Assembly (NCBI GenBank): GCA_000091205.1
Contig: AP006492.2
Source of the DNA: Cyanidioschyzon merolae
Taxonomy: Eukaryota
DNA length: 64,000 bases
Reading direction: 5' to 3' (one strand)
A model generated the notes under the pieces. It had not been told where the DNA came from, searched no databases, and was given only the letters and a program-made list of their open reading frames with translations. Positions 1 through 12,312 of this stretch are shown here, piece by piece. Made by a program: the position numbers and the translations under genes. Within the stretch, counting starts at the first letter, position 1, and each line of letters begins with the position of its first letter.

Positions 1-2929
1 GGCATTACGAAGGTCTCTCACGTCACTCCAGCTCAGTTGGCAGCGGTCGACGGATGCTGATGGCGGCGTTAATGCCCTATTTCACGGCTTCTGGATATTG
101 TCAAGGTTCTACATGCAGAGGCAAAAGTTGCGACGTAGGCTTCGCTTGCCATTTCCATCTTCCTTTTATATAGCATCAGTGTCCACGTCGTAACCATTTC
201 GCCGTACGGTTGTCAGGTGTTCTCATGTGTCCGCCACATGGCCGCCTCCGAGGACTGCAATTTGGGGCGTAAGCGCATGCTTCAACACTTGGTATATGCC
301 CTTGACAGGAACAGATGGGTCCCGCTATACGCTCCTCCGTTTCCAAGCCTGGTACCGTACACTGTTATCACGGACTTCTTCGGGGCAATGTGCTTGACGA
401 GTACTGGATATGCTGAAGATGCAAGCGCGCGCTTTTATATTCAAAAGACGACTAATAGAGCGTGATGTTTTCATGATGAAACAATTATCGGCAGGAAAAT
501 CCAGGCTGGAGAGCAAGTCAAGAAATTCGATCCGTTTACTCCTGCATTGTGCGAAGCGTTTACGCACGCTTCTCTGAAAACAATCTTCGCAATGGCTCAA
601 GTCCGGGCCAACGACCCTTTCCCATGCAAACAGAAGAGATGGAAGGCCCTGGGACATATCCCGTTAGCAGTATCATGCCGGTGTGGAATGCCTTTCGTCA
701 ATGGCCGCAGAGTAAAATTTGTCTTCCGAACAGATTCGATTATTGGACGTAAGGAGATCATTGAACTTTTGGCGCGACCTTGCAAAGAAACCTCCGAGCG
801 TTGACTTCTGGTTATTTTCCTTGTTAATCCAGCAACATAAATTTTTGCATCCTCGAGTTGCTCCGGAACCGTAAAATATTAAAAATGAAAAAGACGTGAC
901 GTAAATATATAACCCGTAATGAAAAGAGAAGAGCGACACTCATTCTTATGAACTGGATGATGCTATCCGATATCTTTTTACGAACCCTTATTCGAGTGTG
1001 TTGCAAATCATCGTGGCCCCGGAGAGGTGACGGATTCTAGCGGCAAATATTCGAAGGCGCCGCTCTACAAAGAAGGAAGACAATCCTAAGTCTGGTTAGG
1101 AAGCCGTATGCACTTATTCCTGCATTTGGATTGTCGATGTCGTGCATCTAAAAAATCTCAAAATAAACTTACAGGCATGGACAGAGTGAGCAGTTCCGTG
1201 TACCATTTTAGTATAAAAGGGTTAAGGAGCTGGGTTTCCGCGCCTAGATGGCTGGGAGTTCAACCATTTCTGATTCGATGAAAAATGAAAGCAAGGCAAC
1301 GAAAGAAAACATTATCTGAACGAACCCTGTCGTTTGGTTTACTGAAGTTGTATTCACCACATGCATCAGAAATGACTGCAAGGGACTGAAAGTGCGACTA
1401 ACATCCAGTAACGGATATCTATAAAGAAACGGTTTTCGGGAGGATAACTTTGGGAGTCGCGCCTGACGTAGGGAGTGAACAAGAATTTTAGGCCGCTATG
1501 ACGTGACATGAGTTTCACGGACAGCGACATATCAGGCGACCAACAGACCTCGTGTTGGAAAGACGATTACCAGTTTGTCTGCTTCTGTCGATCATACCAC
1601 GAAACTAAGAAGCAGCTTTAGAAATAGTCCTTCAGACTTTATGACGAGCAGTGCTCTATGGATGACGAGAAGTTTCTGCAAGAGATTCTTCCGTTCACAA
1701 ACATAAGCCGCATCAGTATTCAGGCATCAAGAGGGCGACGAGATCGCATTCCGAAGCACGGTTACCAGAAGGGTTCTATCTAGAGAAAGCAATGGGGAGG
1801 TATCCCGACTGAATCTCCGCTCATAAATTCTCGATCATCTCATTTCGGATAAGGATGAATTGGTGCATGTCGCCCGAATGCATGCTGGACGCCGCCGTCT
1901 GGAATCGAGTTACACTCGCGCTCCGACAGAATTCAGATTGCGCGCTCGTTTTCGTACGCCGCGCACGTCGATTTTCGCTTGCAGAAATAAAATTTTTTGA
2001 TCAGCGGAAGGCTGTCACTTACAAACGATCACCCGTTGTGCGATTGATATCGTCTATCGGGACACCGCCCAGCCTTCCGTATTCCTATGTCCATTTCCCA
2101 CCAGCTCCCACCCATGCCTCCTCTAGATGCTAAATTTTTAGTTCGCGAGTTCCGCCATACCCCGACCGTGCCGCAAGTGTTCGCAATGGCGCCTGCAGCG
2201 CTCGTGGGGACGCAGTTCGGAAAGTCATGCTTTGCTCTACCACTGGGGCGTTCGCTCGGGCCGTCCTTCACCCGAAGCTGGGCTGGAACTGGTCGCTTTT
2301 CCGGGATACAACAGGCGATTTAGACGGATTCAGTGCCGGCGGCCGGAAGATACATTCTGATAGATCATAGTAATCAGTGCGCTGCCTGTACGCAGCTAAA
2401 ACACTCCCTGTCCAAAAACACACTGCGTTGTGGACGAGAGCCTCAGAGCTTACGGCAGTGCCTGCCACTTGCGGCTCGCCGAGCACTAGCCTAACGCAGT
2501 CGTCGGGGTCGCGGGAACTCCTGCCTCGAAGATATACTTTCGAATAAATGGAAAAAATTTCCATATTTCATCTTCCGCCTACGGGGAATAAATATGTTAA
2601 CGACCTTCATTTTAGCGGTAAGCGTCAGTGATTTTTTCCCACAAGAGTTCAACAGAATTGTTTTGAGTGCATAGCTGTTTCGGTATCGAGCCTGGCCAGG
2701 AGACATAATGGCGCTGTCCACTGGCTGCCTCCATTAAGGCGATTCAAGACGTTTTGCTTGTATGCATTCATCGATCTTAGCAGAGGGAGCGTCCATGAAC
2801 ATTATTACATTACCCAACAGAATTTTTTACCAGCTGTGAAACTGGTTCTTTCAGCATAGATATTTTGGCGCCATCGAGTCTCCCATGACCTGCAATTTTT
2901 ACTCGGAAAGATGCAAAAATGGAACACAA

Positions 2930-5900
2930 TTACTTTTCACCGCTCTGCCAAGGAAAACGCCCCCGTTGTACGTAAACGGAGCTCCAGTACTGCTGGAGTC
3001 CTAAATCATAGCACAACAGTGCTGTGCTCCAAGAAAGAATCCAAGGCCTTCTTTCTTGGCCACCTGTTTTAATTTCTTCCCGAGTGCATTGGACTTTAGC
3101 GCAGTGGCCATCCTGAGGACTAAGCGATTGCATTGAAATTCCGCCCGAAATGAGACTGCAGAACGCTCCAGAATCAGATAACCTTTTCCGATATCGATCG
3201 AGGCGTTGAACTCTCTTTGCGGAAGTTGCTTGCGCACATTGTTGCCTGTGGATTCACAAAATCGCAAGCTGCTAACTTTCCATTGACTCACCATCTAAAG
3301 GGCATTCAGCCTTCCGTATTCCATCTCCAGCGTCCGGCTCAGCGTTAATCTCTTTGTTTCTAGTTTTCTAAGCGTATACCCCTGCTCATGATGCGTGAAT
3401 GTCGTCCTGAGCGCTCCGAGGAGAATCGTACAGGGTAGGTACTTGCACTCGTTCTATGCTCTCGTGGAAGGAGCGGGAGTGCAGTCATTACGAGGTACAG
3501 CGTGTCCACCACCATAGGCTACCACAAAGCGACGTGACCAGTCGCTAATTTGCCTCCCCAGCTCATTGAACAAGTTGATAAATGCACGCGTCCTTCCTTT
3601 GAACAATCGATACATTGGCCAAACTCGCTCAGTCTCACGTAATTCTACGAAAGCTCGTAAGCGAGAGCCATTTGGACCGTCATGCACGCCCTTGGAAAGA
3701 AGCGAATAACCCATCTCGCGGTGCTCAGTACGGTGCTTAGAGCTTCGAGTTTGATACTGACGCATGCGTTCCACTTGCTGGCATGTATGAAAACGTCCAT
3801 CATGCGTGATTCTCGAGGATAGAGGGCCGAGGAAAAGTTGATCAGCTTCATCTGTTTCCCGTTCAGGTACTTGGCTTGTTTCTTCCGTTTTGTATGTATG
3901 GTATAGGCCGTGACACCCCTCCCTTTTCAAACAGTAATCCATTCCCTTCACGATGTCTTTCTCTTCGTGTACCCCGAATGGTGGCAAATGACTTACGTTG
4001 CCGTACTCAAGCCTTGATCTAAGAAAGCGCATGCAGGTTGATAAGCTCTAGGTCTTCATTGCCTCTGCAAAATTCTTTCCATATCCTCATTCCAAACGTG
4101 AAAACTTGGATGAGGTCCTCGCAGTTTTCGACAAATTGTTAGAATGCTTTATAATTGTTCCCAGAGACCAGCCGTATCGTGCAAAGGAAGGCATACATTG
4201 GAGTGCACATGTTTTTTAGATTCTATGATGAGATTTAAAGCCATATATGGCGACCGCATCGCGTAGGCGCTCGAGAGGACGAGGGCGTCCGGAGTCGGTG
4301 AAGAAGTTTTTCTTGACTGTTGAGGGTTCTCTTCTGGAACACGTAGAATCGCAACATGAAAGGAAAGCAGGTATCAGGCTTCAGCCATCCTTTGGATTGG
4401 ACCAGGATACGTTCGATGCAGAGACCAACAAGACGAGCTTTGAATCTATCCAGCGACTCTCGCTCTCGTTGGGACACCTTTCCCAAACTAACATCCAATC
4501 CGATCTCGTCCACAAAGAGCTCCTTATTTGCCGCTATTGACACCCCGAGGATTGCCTCGATTCGTCCCCATTTTTCTGGGCCAGTCAGGTGAGGCTGGAG
4601 CACATACAGGGTGTGCCGTATGAAGCGCCCACATTGACTCACATATAATGCTGTTTTCGGGGTTAGTTTGATCTTTGCTGGCTCCCACGCTTGTGTTGCG
4701 ATCGCCAACGCAGCAAGGCGACGCTTAAAGGCCTTCTGAGAACCATGTGTGCAAATATATGATACTACGATATATCCGTATTTCCTACTCTGTCGGAGCA
4801 TCAGTCGTATTGTTACATGAAGCTTTCATCGAATATGACGAGAGGGTGACGTGCAGCTGGCAGCCGCGTGTCCGGAGCTCGAACATATAGTTGCTTTACA
4901 AGGTGCATCAAGACGAGGGAAGCTATGACAGCCTTTGCTCTGTTGGGAAACTATGCGATTTCGAACTGCATGCTATACCTAATGTTTGGAAGAATCTCGC
5001 CGTTCCTGGTTTTCAATAGAGAGGCCCCGACGATGGTTTCAGAGCAGTTTTTCAGCTTCGACAGTTTTCCTTCCTCTCGCTCCTTGTCCTCTTTTCGGCA
5101 GGAGTTTCCTCTCGTTTGTCTGCTGGGAACTTCTTCGCTATACATAGGAGGGGCGGCATTAATGTGGCCCCTACATTCCATATGCATTTTTTGGAACTAA
5201 TACGCACTGGGTGGACAATTGCGTTGAATCTCGTCTTTTCAATGGATGTATCGATAATTCCTTAAGTAAATTTTTGTCACGTTTTTCGCCGCGAGCACTA
5301 CCACGGACCAATGTGCGCATTTCGGCTTCTGCCGGTCCACAATCAGAGAAGCAGCAAAGCAGATCGGGGTTTGTGAATGTAGCCAAAGATTTGTCGAACG
5401 GCTGTGTCACGGATGCGAATAAGTGGTCTATTGAATCGTGAGCTTGGAAACGGAGGTTGAGAATATAGAAGATGCCTCAAACCGGATTAAACCAGGCAGA
5501 AAACGCTTGGAAGAAGAGCTGTTCAATTTCAATCTCAGCAGCGTACTCCCTGACCGCCTTAGAGTCATGGGAAGCGGTGTTAAGCGAGAACGGAACGGGA
5601 ATACGTGCAAAGGGGAATCTACGAATTGCTGCGACGAAGCGTGAGGTTTCTTTACAGATCCCATTCGTTTAACGCTTTGTGGACGACCACACGGGTGGCT
5701 CCCCATTAGCGTTGATATTGTCGTTATTCTCGATTGTCTCTCTCTAATGATGGGGGGTTGCCCCTTTCCGAGCACGTATTCACAGGTCTCGAACTTCTCC
5801 CGAATGAAGTACCATCGAGTGAGAAAAGCGCCGGCCCTTTCTATAAGAAATGTGCGTGTTTCAGTGTGAAATCGATAGAGTGTTTCGCAATGCAAGACAG

Positions 5901-6310
5901 TATCAAAGTGAAGAGGGGGTTCTCACTTTTCTATTGGCACCTTTTCATCACCGTTCGTAACAACGGAGCGGAAACTTCACGCCCTCTTGCTTCTCACACC
6001 AAATTTGTAGGAGAACTTGGATTATGAAATGGTTTGACGACGAGATCGTCGTGGAGATACATTTTTTCAAGTTATGTTCTTGGTGCGCGACGTGCAAGAA
6101 AAGGACAAGAAGAAGGGTGGTTGAGCCATCTGCAACCATAGAATGACTGACTTGGACAAGCAAGACCGGTTTTCGCAAGCTAACGGCGACAGCACAACGT
6201 GTTTCTGCGGCCCTTTCAGTCTAGAATATGCAGTTTTCAGTTGAGTATCTGTGAGAAAAATAAACGAGAACGAAAGGATTTGTGTTTCCAGGTATGTGGA
6301 ATTCGCTGCT
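2930..6310 (-). repeat. Copy A of a roughly 3.4 kb multi-copy decayed coding element (pseudogene family or dead mobile element). It is broken into ORFs 3454-4032, 4235-4801, 4951-5187, 5171-5410 and 5428-5895 on the minus strand
   Basis: Homology to copy B runs along the whole length at nucleotide and protein level. The 19-mer gtttcagtgtgaaatcgat is shared. RFHTETRTFLIERAGAFLTRWYFIREKFETC matches RFHTETSTLSPRETAARRTR*EFIREKSQTC in B. GRFIRHTLYVLQPHLTGPEKWG matches GASFIAYMSVQMAHMDGFGHGWG. There are frame breaks between the pieces. Confidence 0.6.
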
Positions 6311-7795
6311 CTGAGCACAGCGCATGTAGGCCTTGTTGTAGTGCGATCCTTACAAAGACCTAAATTCAGCTAAAATATGTTATAGGGCCCACGGTACGAA
6401 CCAAGCTTTCCTCAATTGACGAAAGATGCCTGTCGTCAGGAAGAAACCTTGGTTGCTATTCAGATGATTCTACGTTTAGTCGGCCTCAGAACGGTATTCC
6501 TCTGTGGAACAGAAGCGAGATGTGCGGTTCTTCTGGATTTTGTATCCAACGATGACGACACATGGATACCGGACAACCTGGTCATATCTTTGCGGTCTGG
6601 GGCTGGAGCCGTGGCTCACCCGCTGCCGCACCGGGAACCGTCGTCTATCTGGGATCCGACTGGCTGAGTGGACAGGACTGCTGGTGGTGATATGGAAAGG
6701 CACGCCGGAGGAACTTCACGACCGAGCAGAACCTCGGGAACTGAGCGCCGCCCACACCTGCGCAGAAGGAACGGGTTCCACTTGGACTGCGCAGACTATC
6801 TAGACTTGCCAACGGTCGCGAATTTTTGCGGATACCTGCCCAGCGTAGAAGTCCGCGGGACTCTCTACAGAGATGTTAAGCGTATTGAAGTGTGTGGGGC
6901 TTCTCCCGCAGGTATCGCTGGTGGAAAATTGCACACAGTACTGAATCTTCGGTTTCTGTGTTTGTTTGATATGAGATTCAATTCCTGCCAAACCTTTCCG
7001 TAGTATTATCTCGTATGATAGTAGAGTGGCAGTATCCAGCAGGCACAACTCGGGTCATCGTCGATTGTGGTGCGAACACTTATTATCGTTGGGGGCATTT
7101 CAACTTTTTGCAGATGAAATCGCACCCTTCCCTCTTTCTAATCGTCGTTCTTTTCGATGCGAAGGTGCTCATCTGGCAGAGAACAAGTGTTCATTGGTTA
7201 GGCTGTCTAAACAAAGATTTTTAATTCCCGGAGATGGCCGATCAGCTTCGGCGCAGTCATTTGATGGGTCCAACTGTCTCTTCAGTCCTATTTCAATGTT
7301 TCGACTTTTTAGGTTGCACGGCATCAGAGGCGTTCTCCGGGATCCGGCGCACTGTTCTACTCAGTTGCCTTGTGCAAGGTGGACAGTTTCGCAAGTCGAT
7401 TCGATATTGCGTTGCAATTCGTCCCAAGTCGAGGACGCGGAGACTACGTTGGCTAAAACCAATGCACCCATGCATTGCTAAAAAGCAGTCCGGAAGACGT
7501 GGTGACTGCCTCACCCACCTTTTTCAACCTCACTTAGCTTGCAAGAAGTCTCAGACGCTTTCTTTTTCGGATTAATTCTGAGCAGCATGAAACGAGTGTC
7601 TTTCTCGGTATGAGCTATGTATACGTGTTGTGCAGTTCACGTCTTGGTCATTATTCATCGATCGATTTCCAAAGGATACCAGTCTTTCCAGCCCCAAAGG
7701 AACGGGGCGAACCGCAAAAAAAATATACTTCATGCAGACTTCTCAGTCGACGAATTGCAAGCCTCGAGTAAGTTTATATCAGCTTGCTCTACTCA

Positions 7796-9223
7796 CTAGG
7801 ATCTAGCCCAAAGCATATTTGGTCGAACGTCCGCATAGAAAGCCGCCCTTTCTGGAGTCACAATGCGGCTTCTGCAAAATGTGCGGAAACCACTTTTGGG
7901 GGTTGCTTTGCAATATCGACGACGATCGGCTGGCAGCATATCACGTGGCGACGCCGGAGCGGTGATTACCGAGTCAATCGTCGGGAATCGGAATCTTTCA
8001 TTGAACGCATACTCCAAAGTTTCTCCCCGCCAAAATCTCAGAACGCGCATGCGCGAGCGGCGCCCGTTTCGAAATGTATCCGACGCGGTAAACTTAATTT
8101 TCTGCCGATGCGACATGTACTTCTCTCTTTCAGTTTGACTGAGGAAGTCGCCAGCGCACATCACACGCCGGGGTCTGTTCACCACTTCAAAAGTGGTTTC
8201 ATTCTCTGTTTGGATCGCTTTGGTAACCGTTGACGATGGCTCAGCAGGCAGCTGCACTATTCTTACCTCAGGATTTGCGCTCTCATCATGCGAAAGCTCT
8301 TTTTGATTCTCCGGAGTGTATTCGAATACTGGGCCCTGATCGCACTGTGGAGCATCATCCCCAAAACTCAGATCGAATCCATGTTCCAGTTGGCTCGCTC
8401 GGTATTTTTCTGGCGTGCAAATTTCAAGGCGTTGCACTTGAACGGATTCGTGGTGCTTTGTCTGTGGAGAATCCAATGTTGAATGCCCTTCGAGAGCATT
8501 TCGAGCGCTTCCTTCGCTCTCGGAGCTTTGAATTCTGCTGCGCTTGCGGCCTCTCACGAAATGGAAATCAGAGCTCTGATGATGCTCAGCTGGGCCGACG
8601 CTACTATGTATTGGTGTGTAGGAACTCGCACCGCGATCGTCTGTCGGGTCAAAGTTCAGGCGCTGAGCTACGGAGACCAAATTTCTATCAGGCGTATGCA
8701 AAACGCTTTCGCTCAGTGGTGAGTACCGATTGTGCAACGTGCTCACCTCTCTTGTCTCCATGTCGTCTATTTTTACATGATCTACACCAACTTTATTGTC
8801 CACTTTCGACGTACTTAGAGCTTTATATAGTGCCCAGAATTGCGCAACGTCCTCCAATCCGTGGATTTCTGTTGAAAGACGACGAGGAGCTCGCCCTCTC
8901 GTCCTTCGACTCGTTGCTCCGATCGCTGCACGAAGGCGCTGCTTTTGAGACTCATCCGAGCCTGTAACCCCATTTCCATCCGTTTCAGCTATAGAAGTAT
9001 CCACAATGCTGCAGAATGAACAGTGTGCTTCCTCCAAAAGAGAACCAGAATGGGACAAGGTTTGCTGGACCTCACCAGCGCGAGCTCGCAAAAGAAAGAG
9101 CTTTTCGCGGCGTCGCTTGCTCCAAGCCGAGGCACCCGGACACGTTGAACCCAGACTCGTTCCACTAGATGAGAGAGATCTAAGACGTAAAAGTTCTGCA
9201 AGTGAAAGGGCTTGAGCGCTCAT
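7796..9223 (-). CDS. Kinetochore protein with a C-terminal CENP-C motif (CENP-C-like). I moved the start from the track's non-ATG start to the first ATG
   Basis: GRRSRMRVLRFWRGETLEYAFNERF fits the CENP-C motif (R-R-S-x-R ... YWRGE..Y). The protein is low-complexity and S/R-rich. No cupin domain is visible, as in plant-type CENP-C. Confidence 0.45.
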   Translation of the reverse strand: MSAQALSLAELLRLRSLSSSGTSLGSTCPGASAWSKRRREKLFLLRARAGEVQQTLSHSGSLLEEAHCSFCSIVDTSIAETDGNGVTGSDESQKQRLRAAIGATSRRTRGRAPRRLSTEIHGLEDVAQFWALYKALSTSKVDNKVGVDHVKIDDMETREVSTLHNRYSPLSESVLHTPDRNLVSVAQRLNFDPTDDRGASSYTPIHSSVGPAEHHQSSDFHFVRGRKRSRIQSSESEGSARNALEGHSTLDSPQTKHHESVQVQRLEICTPEKYRASQLEHGFDLSFGDDAPQCDQGPVFEYTPENQKELSHDESANPEVRIVQLPAEPSSTVTKAIQTENETTFEVVNRPRRVMCAGDFLSQTEREKYMSHRQKIKFTASDTFRNGRRSRMRVLRFWRGETLEYAFNERFRFPTIDSVITAPASPRDMLPADRRRYCKATPKSGFRTFCRSRIVTPERAAFYADVRPNMLWARS

Positions 9224-9400
9224 GCTACGGTAAGAAATAAACAATGCTATTCGTAAGGAGCGGTAAGAAGTAAGCGGCTCGATATACCGCCCCAATGGGG
9301 ATCGCCATGACGGCACGCGGAGCGTATCCAAATCCGTAACGGCCGGCAGCTGCCAAAATCTCACGTGTATCCTGCACGCTCCCAGACGTTTTTGTGCAGC

Positions 9401-10966
9401 ATGTCCTCCACAGTTCTGCGCCTGTTGTCGCCTTATTCGAATATTGTTGAGCGTTCCAGTGGTTTATTCCGCTATTACTGTTCAAGCGTCAGTACATTGA
9501 GTCAGTTGCGACACGCGGGGCAAACGAAAGCTTCTAATTATGATAACAAAACGACGGTTGTCTTCCTCGTTTCTGACAGACCAGGATCCCTGCGGAAAGC
9601 GCTAAGTATTTTCGACGAGGAGCACTTCAACTTAAGCGGCATAAGGAGCCAAGCTTCCCTACCGGATGACTCCGCAAACGATCGAGCGTTTGAAATTACA
9701 GTTAATGCCGAGTACGTGGGTTCCCGCGAGGTTCAGGGAGCTGACTGCGACCACTCGCCGAACAATCACAAGTCTGCACTGCTTTCTCGCGTTGTTCAGA
9801 AACTCGAAGACACAGGCGCGAGAGTCCGCTATATAATGCCCTCCCGTAGCGATGAACAAGGAGCAGTTGAAAAAGGCGGGAGCTGCGAGCGCCCTGTACC
9901 GCCACTGGGCGCTGTTTCAAACGCGGAAGTGGCGCTGAGCATGCCCTGGTTCCCTCGCCGTATCTCGGATCTTGACCGTTTTGCTTCACGTTGTCTCCAG
10001 TTTGGGGCTGAATTGGATGCAGATCACCCCGGATTCAGGGATGACGCGTACCGGAAGCGACGTGAGGTGATTGCGAATGCTGCGGCGCGCTATAAGCACG
10101 GAGATTCACTGTCTGATGTTGACTACACAGCTGCGGAACTCGATACTTGGCGAACAGTTTACACAGAACTCAAAACTCTGCGAGCAACGCATACCTCTCG
10201 ACGTTATCAGCACTCAATTCAGCTCCTTGAACGAGAGATTGGTTTTGGATCATACCGCATCCCACAGCTGTCGGAAGTGAGCAGATTTCTCAGCGAATGC
10301 ACTGGATGGACACTTCGGCCCGTCATGGGTTTACTCTCATCGCGGGACTTTTTGAATGGGCTTGCTTTCCGAGTTTTTCACTCCACGCAATATGTTCGAC
10401 ATCATTCACAGCCGCTCTACACACCGGAACCTGATGTTTGTCACGAGCTTTTAGGTCACATTCCCATGCTCTGTGACGAGGCCTTTTCAGAGTTGAACCA
10501 TCTGCTCGGTCTCGCATCGCTGGGTGCATCTGATGAGGATATTGTCAAGCTTTCGAGGTGCTACTGGTTCAGCGTGGAATTCGGACTCTGTCGCGAGGGA
10601 CCTGCAGAGGAGCTCAGGGCATACGGGGCCGGTCTGCTGTCGTCTTTTGGTGAGCTCAAGTATGCGCTCAGTGGGAAGCCCCAGACGCTCCCATGGAATG
10701 CTTTTGAAGCCGCTAAGCGCGAGTATCCAATCACTGATTACCAACCATCATATTTTGTTGCTCGATCCATAGAGGATGCGGTTGATCAGCTGCGCCTGTT
10801 CACTGAATCCGTAGAGAAACCTTTCGAGCTCCGGTTTAATCCTCATAACCGTAGCGTGTCGATTATTGATGATGCAACTCAGGTCGCTGCTTTTTCTAAC
10901 CAACTTAGCAATGATCTGCGGACTTTGGCGCGTACGCTCAGAAGGCTCGGAGTTTCGACCTCATGA
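9401..10966 (+). CDS. PAH: Biopterin-dependent aromatic amino acid hydroxylase (phenylalanine-4-hydroxylase-like) with an N-terminal ACT regulatory domain. First ATG used; the track starts at a GTG at 9365
   Basis: PDVCHELLGHIPML carries the two iron-ligating His residues. YWFSVEFGLCREG carries the iron-ligating Glu. The GAGLLSSFGEL motif is present. ACT-like VVFLVSDRPGSLRKALSIFDEEHFNL lies upstream. There is a roughly 45 aa S/R-rich N-terminal extension. Confidence 0.85.
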   Translation: MSSTVLRLLSPYSNIVERSSGLFRYYCSSVSTLSQLRHAGQTKASNYDNKTTVVFLVSDRPGSLRKALSIFDEEHFNLSGIRSQASLPDDSANDRAFEITVNAEYVGSREVQGADCDHSPNNHKSALLSRVVQKLEDTGARVRYIMPSRSDEQGAVEKGGSCERPVPPLGAVSNAEVALSMPWFPRRISDLDRFASRCLQFGAELDADHPGFRDDAYRKRREVIANAAARYKHGDSLSDVDYTAAELDTWRTVYTELKTLRATHTSRRYQHSIQLLEREIGFGSYRIPQLSEVSRFLSECTGWTLRPVMGLLSSRDFLNGLAFRVFHSTQYVRHHSQPLYTPEPDVCHELLGHIPMLCDEAFSELNHLLGLASLGASDEDIVKLSRCYWFSVEFGLCREGPAEELRAYGAGLLSSFGELKYALSGKPQTLPWNAFEAAKREYPITDYQPSYFVARSIEDAVDQLRLFTESVEKPFELRFNPHNRSVSIIDDATQVAAFSNQLSNDLRTLARTLRRLGVSTS

Positions 10967-11777
10967 TATCCAGAAACGCTTCCGAGGATACTTGAGATGA
11001 CCGCGCGAGATCGGAGGGCACAGTGATGTCGGACAGCTTCTTATACCGTTCTGCCCTCCAGCGCAACAGTTCTGGATAGCACATTCGCAGATTCTCCTCA
11101 TCCGAGTTTGCCTCGGGAAGTCTGACATACTTATCGCCCCACACGACAGGTTTTGGGCATTTGAAAAAAGTCTCAATCATCTCTGCAATGGACGATTCTG
11201 CAATTTCGAGGTACACAATTAAATAGTCTCGACGAATTTTTTCCTGACATTCCGTGCTGAGATACACGACGCTGCCTGTGGTATCTAACGCGAAATTCGT
11301 TTTCTTGCGAGGCCGCGCATTGGAAGTAATATCTTCCTCTATTTGTAAATATCGCCGCTCGCGCTCACGAAATGTCTCATGAAAAGGAAATCCCATCCAG
11401 CTTGCCAGTGCATCGGTGCCCGCTCCCTGAATATCGCCGAGCTCCTGCTGCAACAACTTTTCGATTTCCTCGTCGACGCTCACGATATCGAAACCGAGTT
11501 CAGTGGCCAATTTCCGAGAGCGGAAACTTTTCCCAGAGTTCGACATGCCAACGAAAGCGATAGAGAGTTCGTTCCGAGTAAGTTTTTCGTCAAAAACCTC
11601 ACGACTAAGTAGTTCTGATACCAACCAAGAGCAAAAACGCTTCCGGGTCCTTTCTCTGTGGTGCGCGATCGTGCTGCACGTGGCTCGCCGAGTGCAGCAA
11701 ACCGCAGCTGCTTCCCTTCCTATCCCCAGCTGCCGCTTCGTGCTCACTGCGAAGCAAGTAATTTTAAAAGCAGTCAT
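10938..11777 (-). CDS. P-loop kinase of the shikimate-kinase-like/NMP-kinase fold with a roughly 70 aa Arg-rich N-terminal presequence. It is convergent with PAH and the two CDS 3' ends overlap by 29 nt
   Basis: Walker A IAFVGMSNSGKSFRSRKLATELGFDIVSVDEEIEKL resembles the shikimate kinase GxxGxGKST...DxDxxIE block. ALDTTGSVVY resembles the SK ATGGG motif. A real ATG start was verified. Confidence 0.5.
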   Translation of the reverse strand: MTAFKITCFAVSTKRQLGIGREAAAVCCTRRATCSTIAHHRERTRKRFCSWLVSELLSREVFDEKLTRNELSIAFVGMSNSGKSFRSRKLATELGFDIVSVDEEIEKLLQQELGDIQGAGTDALASWMGFPFHETFRERERRYLQIEEDITSNARPRKKTNFALDTTGSVVYLSTECQEKIRRDYLIVYLEIAESSIAEMIETFFKCPKPVVWGDKYVRLPEANSDEENLRMCYPELLRWRAERYKKLSDITVPSDLARSSQVSSEAFLDIMRSKLRAF

Positions 11778-12312
11778 TTGTGGAAGTGCACGCCTTCTCT
11801 AGCTCCGACGTCCTTCGATGCGCTTCAGAGACCGACTACTGCACGGCTCCATCGCCAGCCGCCGCTGTTTGCCCCAAATCGGCGTTGATGCGACGTCCAT
11901 TGATCCAGCCTTCGGACGATACCCGCAGAATCCTTGTTTCGAACGCATGTTGTTCGGCGCTCAAATGCTCCCAACTCAATTTTATTCTACCCCCGCTGCT
12001 CCATGCTCCAGGGGATCGAAATAACAATCCAATGATCCGTATATATTGCAGGCGGATAGCCTGTTAGATGTATTCTCTACTGAACAGTGCACGGAGGACT
12101 ACATTCCTTATTCAAATCAGTCATAACACAGTTCTTTGATGGCTGAGGTACACTGCAAGAAAGACGTAGATGCGCTCTGCGTGAAAAACTGGTATTTTCA
12201 GTGCGCGCTTGCGGTAAATGAAAGAAAACAGTCCTTTGCTCACCTTACTAAAACCAAAAAGCGACGGTAGGAGCCACTATGGGCGTCTCTTTTTTCTCAA
12301 CAGCTTGTTCGT

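Noticed and set aside
786-800. 13-mer gagcgttgacttc shared with 14921 in repeat copy C, a possible fifth copy at the window start
   Set aside because: The flanking similarity fades within about 50 nt. The A copy position corresponding to 14921 does not carry the 13-mer. This is too short to call.
3454-4801. Treating ORFs 3454-4032 and 4235-4801 (192 and 188 aa) as two independent intact genes
   Set aside because: They are colinear pieces of repeat copy A. Their frames are offset, and their homologous stretches in copy B carry stops. They are better explained as fragments of one decayed reading frame.
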